This document shows positions 38,465 through 49,581 of a stretch of 64,000 nt of DNA, piece after piece; within the stretch, counting starts at the first letter, position 1; each line of letters opens with the position of its first letter. The DNA lies in the NCBI GenBank assembly GCA_001662655.1, contig KV460210.1; one strand, given 5' to 3'. Source of the stretch: Pseudogymnoascus verrucosus (Eukaryota). The position numbers and the translations under genes were made by a program. Below the pieces are notes generated by a model, which was not told the origin of the DNA, ran no database searches, and saw nothing but the letters and a program-made list of their open reading frames with translations.

Positions 38465-39970
38465 TTAAACCTCTGCGACTTCCCAGTCAACCTGTAATTT
38501 CTCTGAACCAGATGAATCATCTGCTACTTCAACCAATACCCTCCTATAGGCCCTCATTGGAAACTTGGCATTATCAATGACTTCCAAGATTAAATGGTAG
38601 GTTTTTGGTCCCCATTTCATTACTTTTTCCGGATCTAACGGGAAAATCATCCCTTCGTCCTTTCCGGGGATCTCCACCGAGACCTTTTCGAATTTTCTCT
38701 TCCCGTCAGACTCATCTTTGAAGGTCAGCTCCGGTACCTCGAATTTGACTGTCCACTGCGTAGCAGAGGGCTCTCTATAGTGTAACCACCGAAATTGCAG
38801 GCTGTCAGCGGAGTCTGGATCCCAGCTCTGGGAGGCGTCAAGGTGTACTGTTGTTCCAAACCCTGTCTTGATGCGCAAAGCGCCCAACTCTGAATCGCCG
38901 TTAACTACTAGTATAGGTGAGTGGTTGACGTTATTGAAGTCGTTGCTCAGCGTCCACTGCATACGTGCGGCGAAATCCCCCTGGTATGCGTCTCTCCAAC
39001 GCCAGATTGTGGCTTGGCTTCCAACATGCATATTGCCGTCTTTTCCACGAACGTAGTCCGCAGCATCGCTATAGTGTCTGCTACCGTCTTTACCAGTAAG
39101 ATCCGTAAGGTTATAACGTCCTCCCCACCCACCCCATCCAGGGTGGCAAGGATCCGTGAGTCCATTCTGAATGAGGCTGAGAAACGTTGGCGTATCGCCT
39201 TCTGGAATGAATACTGGATCCGGATAGGCTGCTTTGCCATATGGCCCGATTTGGATATATTTCTTGAGCCATTCGTTGGTCACAAGACTGGAGTCAGGGC
39301 CGCCCTGGTTGAAATGGTAATATGACTCTCCCGATATCCCCGTCCAAGCAGCAAGTCCGTATGCATTCCAGCCGTGAATAGAGGCAATATAGAAGATTTT
39401 GGGAAAATTCAGTCTTATCCAAGTCCCAGAGTCGTCTTGATCTGATATGGCATACACTCGAAGCTTAGCAGCAAATGTGGCTACTTCAGTTTCAGACCGA
39501 GACTTCTGCACTTGGAGGAGAGCTTGCGCAAGTACATTGGCGCCGCCCCAGATCAAAACCCATATGTGACCGTCAGAGGCAATTGCGTCCACGGCTGCAA
39601 TAAGTAGCTCGGAGCCTTCATTCAATGGGCCCCGTGCCCCTGTCATCCCGTACTCAGCGATGCCATCGCGGACGACCTGACGTAGAACCTCTGCCGTTGG
39701 ATATTGACGGCTCGGAGGAACATGCGCGTTCAAATTCGCCTGGACCTCGGCATATGCATCGAGGATTTGGTGGATCTGCTGCTTGTGCGTTGACGTCTGC
39801 TGCCAGAAGGAAGTTGTTGCAACCAACCCGTCGATTTGGAACTCATTTGCATATAGTAGAAAGCGAGTGAGCGACTCCGCATCATCGGGTTCGTTGCAGA
39901 TGTCTGTGAGAACGACAATGTGCGGCTTTGTTTTAAAATTCGGAAGGCTCTCGAAAGTATGAAGAGCCAT
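38465..39970 (-). CDS. DUF1593 (Sde182-like) protein with nucleoside-hydrolase-like domain; cytosolic
   Basis: Intronless 501 aa, no signal peptide. LTDICNEPDDAES..R.LLYAN, WGGANVLAQAL, YAISDQDD, EGDTPTFL, WGGWGGRY, WRWR..YQ.DFAARMQW, LDASQSWDPD. Confidence 0.85.
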   Translation of the reverse strand: MALHTFESLPNFKTKPHIVVLTDICNEPDDAESLTRFLLYANEFQIDGLVATTSFWQQTSTHKQQIHQILDAYAEVQANLNAHVPPSRQYPTAEVLRQVVRDGIAEYGMTGARGPLNEGSELLIAAVDAIASDGHIWVLIWGGANVLAQALLQVQKSRSETEVATFAAKLRVYAISDQDDSGTWIRLNFPKIFYIASIHGWNAYGLAAWTGISGESYYHFNQGGPDSSLVTNEWLKKYIQIGPYGKAAYPDPVFIPEGDTPTFLSLIQNGLTDPCHPGWGGWGGRYNLTDLTGKDGSRHYSDAADYVRGKDGNMHVGSQATIWRWRDAYQGDFAARMQWTLSNDFNNVNHSPILVVNGDSELGALRIKTGFGTTVHLDASQSWDPDSADSLQFRWLHYREPSATQWTVKFEVPELTFKDESDGKRKFEKVSVEIPGKDEGMIFPLDPEKVMKWGPKTYHLILEVIDNAKFPMRAYRRVLVEVADDSSGSEKLQVDWEVAEV

Positions 39971-40767
39971 GATTGTAGTTTATGAGGGTGGGACGGAGTA
40001 ATTTGGAAATAAAAATTGTTTGTAGATAACTGTTTAAAAATCTTCGAGGTATCCCTTAAGTTGTAATTGCTCGCATTAGATGGATCTTATGCTGAAGGAT
40101 AAATAACGGTTTCCACAGCGGTGCTGATATGACGCTTTCTGGAAACGTCAAGTGTACTTTGGAAGCGCAACAGAACCGCATCAAGCCATACTGTAGAAAA
40201 ATGTAACTTGGAGCGTATGTCCCATTTAGGAAGCCAGAGCCACAAAGTTATCAGCTAGAATCCCAAACTCACGGCTCTACTTCGGCCGGTTACTACGTAG
40301 TGGGTGGACTCATTATGGAAACTGGAGACACCTTTTTCCGGAAGTGTTTATAGTTGCCTAATGGAGGATCTTCGGTCAATATTGACAGACCTCATCTGGT
40401 CCGCATTTCCCAACTTTCCAAAGAACATCGCAACGGCACTAGACAACGGCATCACAGCAGTAAGAGCTGTAAGAGCTCGATTTATATCTGTATTAATTGT
40501 CTGTTCTCTTGTATGAAATGATGGACTTATCACGTGATATATAATTGTCTTGGTCCACTATTGGTGCCCCAGACTAGTTGAATGCCATGAAGCTATGCCG
40601 TATTTTACCTCCGACTTCAAGTTCATTCCCATAATCGCAGCATCCATAAATCAACTCTGCTCACGTGTCTATGTATGGTCCTTGTTGTGGAGCAAACGAC
40701 ACTTTGTCGTGCTATCGTATTTGCGCCCGTTATCTAATTATCCTCGGGCTCGGGATGTCGATTCGCG

Positions 40768-43078
40768 ATGCCACATCCTGACCATTCGACAAGCCCGGCG
40801 CAAACTAGAACCCGACAGGGTTGTTTGACCTGCAGGAAACGACGAAGGAAATGTTAGTCTTGCATGTTAGCCTCTGATATATCTTAGTGAAAACCTGGAG
40901 CCTTCTCCTTGGTAGAGACCACCGCACGTTGCCTCGGAAGCTAATTTATAACAGGTGACGAACAAAAACCTCGGTGTCAGAACTGCACGGGACGAAGCAT
41001 CGTTTGTCGTTATGGAGTGAAACTCACGTTCCTTGCTACCAATCGGTTCAATCTTGTGCCAGAGGATGCACAGGCATTGCGGGAGACTACTCCCAGCAAA
41101 TATGGGCATATCAGGGTCAGAATAATTCCCCATACATTGAGAATATTCTGACAGTTTTTGAAGTTCATTGATGGCTTGGATGATACTGAAGGGGCCATAA
41201 GCGATGATCATGAACGGCATAACGCTGTGCCATCATTTGAGATATCTCCACATTCGCTGCCAGGGACTCCAGATACTGAACACAGTCGAACGGCCCAAAG
41301 AGTCCCTGAGAGCACTGTGAGCGTCCTAAGACAACCACAAAGTCGGTTCCCGGAGCATTATTACCATGGTGAAGACAGCGGAATTGGTGAGTCCCAAGGT
41401 ATGGGAGAAGGCAGCAATGACGACGAACGACACCACCAAGCCCCAGTGGTGTATCCACCAGTTATAGATCAAAGTCACTCCTATGAAATGCCAACGGGAG
41501 ATGCAGAGGATAATGTCCAACTCGCAGATGAGGCCGATTATGATCGACTCGTTTCGGAGCCACTGCCATCACGACGCCCGCTGCCTGTTGCTTCTCTAAG
41601 TCCTCGCCATAGCACAAATGCGGGTTACGGTAAGAGCTGGCTACCACCACTACGGACGGTGTCAGAAACCTTCGAATCGGCCACGCTGAGAGAGGAACCT
41701 TCCCAGCTGCAGGTCCTTTCTAACGACAAGCGCAACCAATTACTTAAATTCTATGTAGACGAAGTAGCGCAATGGGTCAGTTTCTCCAGAGAGGTTGCAC
41801 CCTCTTTTCCACCGCTTTCAGGAGCTGAATTGTGAGACAGCTAGATATATGCACCCCTAAAAGTTCCTTTGGGATTCACATTCCAATTCTGGCAAGAGAC
41901 TACACACCTCTCCTTAATTCAGTTTTAGCACTGGCGGCCCAGCAGCAGTCGCTCTTTTTGCCACCGGACAGTGATGAGGCTTCCCAGAGCGCTGAATTAG
42001 CAACACTGGCTACCGCATCGATCGGATTGGACATATATAGTAGTCGAGATGAGGCTGTGGCTACATGTACACTTCTGATGATAAGCGAGCTCCTGTCAAC
42101 CCAGATTCAAAACTGGAAACGCGTGCTGAAAGGTCGAATCGACTTTCTTGGGCCACTAGGTATTGATGGATTCTCTGATGGTCACCACAGCTCCACTTCA
42201 TGGGTGACATTAAGACTCGGTATGTATATTCACGATCCCAACCATCTTTACGCTCCTAACAACTATGACACCTCCCCTTTGCTACTTTCATACATACATG
42301 TTTTACCATGTTGTGAAAGCGTGATAGAAGATATGGCTAACCGTTCATAGATCTTGCACTTGCCATATTCTCCGGATCACCACTCATGACACCCATCGAG
42401 AAGTGGCACCCGGTATCAATGCCATTTTCGGATGACATGAATATAATGTCCCTGGAACAAAGCAGAGCCCCTGAGTGGACTCGACGATCGATTCTGCTGT
42501 GCAGCCAGGCTGCACAGCTTTGCTTCTCGACTGAGATCTCTAATATCACAACTTCTCACTCAGCCACGGATACTTGGACATATCTCTGGAGCTCCACGCG
42601 AGGATGGCTTGAGAGTCTTCCATCCTCGATGTATCCCATTTTCACGTCTCCCATATCAGCCATCCCCTCAACACCTCCCTACTTCTTCCCGCTTATTCTC
42701 TACACCAGTCGCTCTAACATGTACGCCGCCATCATGCATCACACAGCTTCTGTATTGCTATTGCAAAGCAAGCCACCTACCGTCCGCCCGTCTTCGCATC
42801 TGAAAACTCCGACCTGGCACGCTGTGCAGATTTGTGGGATATGCATTGGGAATAATGCGCAGTGGTCTTATGATCCCACGATTCTAGCAGCGCTGATATA
42901 TGCGGGGCGATTGATCAGCTACCAGGAGCAGAAGAAAGAGCTGCTGGACGTCTTGCGGGTCTTGGTTAAAGGAAGTGGATGGCAAGTGGGCGGTGCTATC
43001 GACGAGATGATTGAATGGTGGCGAGTGGATGGAGGATTTCACGTCACTCCTCTTGAATCACCCTTCCCTACGACCTGA
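40768..43078 (+). CDS. Zn(II)2Cys6 transcription factor with Fungal_trans_2-like C-terminal domain
   Basis: Spliced N-terminus reads RTRQGCLTCRKRRRKC|DEQKPRCQNC....IVC (intron about 40853-40954), followed by YVDEVAQW|LDIC..FG..IP.LA, MHHTA and WHAVQICGI. Confidence 0.85.
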
Positions 43079-43492
43079 AAGCTCCTCGATCAAAGTGTGT
43101 TATTGCCGACTGGAATCCTATTTTAATGGGTCAGGAGACACTGATAATATGACCTCCCAACATTGCTGGGTGGCACCGATCGAAGTATTAAACTAAGATA
43201 AGCTTGTAACCCACCTGCTTATTGCTCTCAATCGTGCCAATGGGCATATCGTGGAATCTGAGCCTGTTGCCACCTCAAGAGTGATCTTGGGGGTGAGCAG
43301 GGTGAGCAACCGAGCTTCGGCCAGGGGTTCAGATCAGTGGTTATTGCCAAGCCGACAGGGTCTCAGCGGCGGCACACCTCGTCTCGCGGCTCCTTCTATC
43401 CCATAAACTCCCTGGATTACTCTGAAGCCTCACCGAATGCTTTCCATTAGTAGGGAATACCTTCAAATACATTCTTCAAATAAATCTAGAGA

Positions 43493-44561
43493 ATGTACCA
43501 GCGCACGCTCCTCAGCATCAAAGTACTACGGCCATTTGCCAGCGCATCACATGGTATCACTAGACCGCCTATCTCCTTTCTCACAAAACCCCACACTTTA
43601 CACATCGTCGTCCGACAATTGTCACAAACTCCAATCACAAGCCGACTTTCCAGCAATAAAGCAAAGTGGATAACGACAACGACAGGAAATGTCATACCGA
43701 GCACCGGCAATCCAAGGCTCGTTGCGAAGCTCCAAGGGGGATTCCGTATCATAAGAGAGGACATGACGTGTGCCGAATTTCACGATTCAGTTTGGGGATT
43801 TGTCGTACGAATTTACTTCCCCAATTCGGAGGTGAGAAAAAATTAATTGGCGGCTTATAGATATACCGCTGCGTAAAGGGCAACGATGCTGCGTGGACCA
43901 GCATTCTAGAGAAACTCCAAAGCCACGTCCGGGAAACTCTCGAGGATGAGAAATGTCAGGACCTCTTGCAATTCCATGATCTACACGTTATTGACGATAA
44001 GTCTCTTTAGTAAGTCCTCACGACTTTAGACATATGTATGCTGATGACAAGACTATTAGCGGCTCATCGGTTGAAGAAGTTAGAGCCCATTTCCAAGCCT
44101 GGGTGCCTCAAAACCTAGACGCTAGACTTCGTCCAGACACCGCGTGTACGATCCCCGACGTGAGCTACCTAAGCGTAGATACCACACCAAGATACAACTA
44201 CTGTCTCCTCGTAGACGAGATATGTCTAGAGTCACTGGACCACCCAGAAGGTCTAGGGCCAGTAGTCAAGCTGGTCTGCCGGGACTGGGAAAGCCCTCCT
44301 CGGAGTCCTGAGGAAAAGCTTCAGGGGGTGCAAGCGCCGTTCCATGACGGGATCACAGGGTATGATGAGGAGGATGTGGGATGGATGTACATGCCTCTTC
44401 TGTTTTATACGGATAGATACGAGAACTTCCATGATTGGGGATGGAGTGACATGTATGTGAGGCCACCGTTTATAGATGGAGGCGAGGATGAGACGAATAT
44501 GGTGGGCCATTGGAGGCGAAAGAAGGTTGTAGGCCAGGAGAAGGCGGTCTCTGAAACGTGA
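43493..44561 (+). CDS. Fungal hypothetical protein (WGFVIYRC family)
   Basis: Spliced reading gives WGFV|IYRC...HVIDDKSL|YGSSVEEVRAHFQAW...PRYNYCLLVDEICLES...EEDVGWM. N-terminus is basic, possibly a mitochondrial presequence. Confidence 0.6.
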
Positions 44562-44949
44562 TGCTAAGGTTGAATTACACAATTAAAAAAAATGGGACTC
44601 TTGTGGTAGAAATGTATGAAATAGGGTAACCCTTACAGAGTGTACACATCCCTCGCAACAGGGGAGATATGATATAATTATAGTCAAATTCATCGCTCGC
44701 TAATTATACCTAATATAACGCCATACACAAAAAATCCCCCACCCTTTTCCTCCCCTCCATATCCCCCCTACCCCACCCCCCTATCCCAAGAAAAGCTCCA
44801 GATCCTCGCAAATTTTGCCCACACAAAAAAAAGAACCCCCTACAACTCGTCCCAAACGACGTTATCTCCCCAGTCTTCCGCTAAACGCATAAAACACACC
44901 GCCCACCGACCTACTTCCTCCCCATCCCAAACATCATCACTCCAAAATC

Positions 44950-47900
44950 TCAACGACTATACTCCCTATACTCCCCCACCAACGACTCAATCCCCCCCGG
45001 ATACTGATCCATCGAATCCATCGCCATATAATCCAACAAATCCACTCCCCCCAAATTAACCCCCTCGCTCGTCTGCGTAATACTCGTATCCGCATTCGCA
45101 TTATGAAAGAACGCCGCGCCGGGTGGTAAATACCACATCTCCCCCGCATTCCCCCAATCGCTCCCCCCAAACGCCGGACCTCCCTCCGAGACAGCGGGCG
45201 CGCCAAAAGGGTTCTGCGCGTTGCCGTCCGTGGAGCCGTAGGGCGCGTTGCCGTAGAAGGCGTTGTTTCCCAGATCGAAGGCGGTGGCGGAGATGTTGAT
45301 GTCTGGGGGGGTGGGGGTTAGTTGGTATTTGATAGAGGGCTCGTTAGGGGGTTGCATACCATTGCCTCCGTCGGAGAAGGCAGGCATGCCGGGGCCGTTC
45401 CAATGTCCGTTATCGTCGCCGTTGTGTGGGCCTCCCGCGATGGCTTGTTGGGAGTCGCTGGCGCCTGCTTCGGAAGAGACGGGGGCGTGCATGAAGCGGT
45501 TGCGTAGGCGTGTGGTGAGTGTGTGCAGGAGGTCGGCGAATCGGGTCCCGAGATGCACGTCGTCGACTACGCAGTCGCGGAGGGCTTCGACGGCGCGGTC
45601 CATGAGTCCGATGCTGACTTCGACGTCATTCTTGGAGGCGCCGAGGGCGAAGGTCTTGAGGAGGAACATGGCGCCGGAGATGATGCGGAAGTAGGTGCGG
45701 ACGGGGGCGTGCTTGAGGAAGCCGTTGGGGAGGAGGCCTTCGACTACTGTGCGGAGGAGGTTGCGGGAGCCGTCGACTACTTCACGGACGTATTCCTGGT
45801 CGCGGGTTGTGAAGCCGCCGTAGAGGGTTAGTGGGATTTGGTTGAGGAAGTTGGGGTGGCGGTTTTCGGTTGTTGCGGCGTTGTTGGTGCAGCGTTCGAC
45901 GACGGCTTGGAGGGAAAGTGAGTTGATGTATATCCGAACATATTCGTACTCGATGGTCAAGATGTGACGAATGTACTGCGGCAGGGGATAGCTGACAAAG
46001 GTCCGTTTCCAGGTGGCCAAGATTGGCTGGAACTCGGCCAAGAGATCGAGATACTTGCCAGTCTGGATGATATCAGTGGTGTACTTGCGCGAGCGGAAGA
46101 TCTTGTCATTGCCCGCCCCCATAGCTGTCGTAATTCCCGCCCAACAGTGGATGATCTGATCGTCGAGCTCCAAGTCGGGAATGTAGTTGAATGAAGCCAG
46201 TATAGACGCGTTTGTGTTCGGTGTATTTCCATCCGCAGAAGACGTCCGCTGCTTGCGCATTTCATCATACGCTCTCAGGTTCTCAGGCACCATATTGGTC
46301 CATCCAAGTCGCCCCGCAAGTTGGGTCACGTAAATCAGCAGCAGCTTTTTGATGCGCGCAGCACGGTGGCGGTATGCTTCGTCGTCATATTCGGGACGAG
46401 CCATATCGCCGCCTACTTCCAGCAGCTGGTCGATCTGGTCGAAGACGCCGAGTTCGTAGGAAAGGCCCATAGCGGTACTCAGAAGCATCCAGCACATGCG
46501 GTCAGATCTCCATGCCGGCTCCAGCCAGCTCTCAATTCGCTTACCACCGACCCCGTTCAGAGCGCGCTGGTTTCCATCTTCATCCGTGGAGAAGTTGTCG
46601 GGACCCTCGTATAGAGGAAGCATAAGCTCGTCGGTAGCGTCTTGTGGAGGGAAATGGAGACCGCGAGGATGCCACTCGGTGAGAATCATCAGCGACTCAA
46701 TCGTGCCAAGGGTCCGAAGGGAGCCCTTCCGCATCCCACGCCATGGCGCAGTGCTTGAAGTCTGCTCCCAATCAGTGGCGCCTGATCCGCAGAAACCCCC
46801 ACCAAACGATTCTTGGCCCCAGAGGCAGCGCTCGATCATACCGCGAAGGTAGGTCCACAACTGTTCGTGGATTGCGTGAGACCGACACTGGCCGCCGGTT
46901 CCTGGGATTTGCAGATACCGAGATGCAATAGTCAGCAGCGTGACCGTCAGGATGGGTTCTTCCTGGAGTAAAGTGACGTGCGTCGAGGGGTTTTGGAAGG
47001 TGGGAGGCGAGATTGGTGTCATTGGCGACAGGTACCGATAGTAGCTGCAAAGGTCAGCATACGCTTCTTCAGTCAGTAGAGACAGTCAGCGACTTACTAT
47101 TCGATATACGCAATAGCTTCAGCAGGAGTGAACCACCCAGCGCGGACAAAGCGGAATCTGGCCCAGGCTCTAACTGCTGTCTTGTATCCAGGGTCGTTCA
47201 TGCGGTTTATAGTATCGTTATCGACCGGCATCGAGCCCCTCGTGTCCCTCGTCTCGTTGTGTGCCTGCGATGGAGGCGCCATGGGTCGTGGGTTGTTTGC
47301 CTGGGTGAACCTCGGAGTACTGAATGGTTGTGACTGTTGGAATCCTTGATTGTCGCGGGCAGAAGAGCCATCAGCGCCGCCGGAGTTGAGCAGTTTCATG
47401 CGCTTCGTCGGGGAACTGCATCTTGCATTAGCACAACCATCATATGAGAGACACCACACAAACATACCCATCGGTCGCGGCCTGGTACAGTAGATCCAGA
47501 GCATCATGCGGTCCATAAATCCCCTTCCTCATCGTAGATTGCGCCTCGGGGTTCTCATAGCGCACATTCGAGTCGCCGAATTGGCGCGACCCCGCCCTGC
47601 GATGCTCGCGCCCCGGCTGCGAATCAAAGCGATTGATACTCTCAGTTGGCGACGTAGCAACATTAGGCGGTTGGATCGGCGTATGTCTGTACGCAGGGTT
47701 TAGCGGCCTCGACCCGGTCGACGACTCCGGGCGCACCTCTGGCGGCTCCGAGCCACTATCGCTCGTATACTGCCTCTTGCGCGCGTTGCGGTCAACGAAG
47801 TCCGGGTCGTAGATGGGAATGTCATTCTCGTCGAGCCTCTGCTTGCGCCGGGTCACGGAGAAGTAGCAGTCCTTTGACTCGCGACGGCAGCGGACGCATG

Positions 47901-48093
47901 GCGGGGCATTGGGGTTGTCGACGGAGCCCAGGTCGCACTTGACTTTGCGCTTGCGACAAGGGATGCAGGCCTGGTAGACACGCTTGTGCTGGGTGGTGGG
48001 TTGGGGAGAGCCTTCTTTTTTCGCATTGGCGCCGCCACTGGTGGAATTACCGTTTCCGGAGGACTGCTGGGAAACCTGGTGTGTTGTTGCCAT
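44950..48093 (-). CDS. Zn(II)2Cys6 transcription factor, Aro80-like
   Basis: [19 protein letters not shown]...[56 protein letters not shown]. Confidence 0.85.
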
Positions 48094-48964
48094 TGCTCTG
48101 GCAGGAATTTTGTTGACGGTGGTTGGCTTTGTGGTGATGTGAAGGGCGGATGGCCTCGCTTTGCGGCGGCTCTTTGGGGAGGGTTTCTCAGGTTTCGCTG
48201 GGGTTTAGATAAGCAAAGAGGGACTGGACGCGGGGAAAAGTTGACGACGAGAAGTGACTAAACTGTTTTAGTCACTAGCTCTGATCGGAGGGGATAAATG
48301 AAAGTGCGAGAGGTTGGACTCACTTTAGCAGATAGCCGTTTGATTGTTGACGATAGACCAAGTGATGGTATAAGATATAAGTTTTCCGTCTATAACCACT
48401 CTTTTCCAGGGCAGAAAAATATATAAAACGCGTGGTGGCCTCTTAATTGGGTGGGATTGTTGGGGATTGTGTAAGAGATGGAATCTCTTCCCCTGCATGT
48501 GACTGTTAGCCTGTTCCCTCACGAGGCAGTGCATACAAATAGGCGCAAATCCACAATTTGCACACGACAAAAGGAGAAGGTGAGAATGATATTCGTCCAT
48601 CGACTCCCATTAGGGCATGTCCCGAACAGAAACGACAACAAATGATGGAAATAACTTTAGTCATGAACGCATCGAATAAGACATTCGGCGTGTCCAATAG
48701 TGTCAAAGAGACAATGGGGTATAATGGGTATAATGGAGTATAATATTGGGGCGTGTGTACTCACAAACGACCTCGGGTATGATTCCCAAGCCAGCCAGCC
48801 CCTCACTCAAAACACCTGCATGGAGTCAACACGAGCCACCAGGGTCTAGACCACTTCAAACTCACTCTTCTAATCTCCAAAATGCAGCGAATCTATTGAT
48901 GAATCCAGTCTTCACGTCTATCGAAGACTCAACAAAGGGTAAGTATGTGTGTGTAAGTATGTAT

Positions 48965-49022
48965 GTGTGACTGTCCGACGTGTGAGTATCCGACGTGTGA
49001 CTATCCGACGTGTGAGTATCCG
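48965..49022. repeat. Tandem repeat, 15-bp unit GTGTGA(C/G)TRTCCGAC x about 3.9
   Basis: gtgtgactgtccgac gtgtgagtatccgac gtgtgactatccgac gtgtgagtatccg. Confidence 0.95.
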
Positions 49023-49581
49023 TTTGTGGTAGTTCCGTGGTGGGTAAACAGGTCTATTGATGGTTGAGGAAGGAAGAAGAAAGCCACCTCAACCCACTCG
49101 AATCCTCGCCTTATATATCCTCCAGCTTTTGCTGGGTAGGCAGGCCTGACTTATCCTTTTGACGCGTGAATTTGAGGCTGCGGTGACAGGAATGGAGTAA
49201 ATGGTCAGAATGGGAGGTGAATTTGAAGTATGGTTGTTATGGGGATGAGCGGCCGACGACGAGGTCAGAGAGGGTAGGTGAGGGGATGGAGAGGCTTCAG
49301 ATATCGATCGATACACGATCAATGAGGGAAAGACATGCCGTTTTTACTATCATACTACTCTAGAGAGCGAACGAGGACGCGAGTCGTCGTCAAAACTTGT
49401 GTTTACTCGTTAATATACCCAATACTCACTGTTTTCATATCACAGACAAAGAGACATCATATCTTCAGCGGCCACAAACATTCAATCTGTATCCAGTCTA
49501 CATTTACATATCCCCCTTCAATCCCACCACCCCAAACGCCAAAATATGCCTACACACCCACCCCCAACCTTCCATCCCTCC

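Noticed and set aside
48965..49022. Repeat array as CRISPR
   Set aside because: Units are directly adjacent with no unique spacers, the context is eukaryotic, and there are no cas genes.
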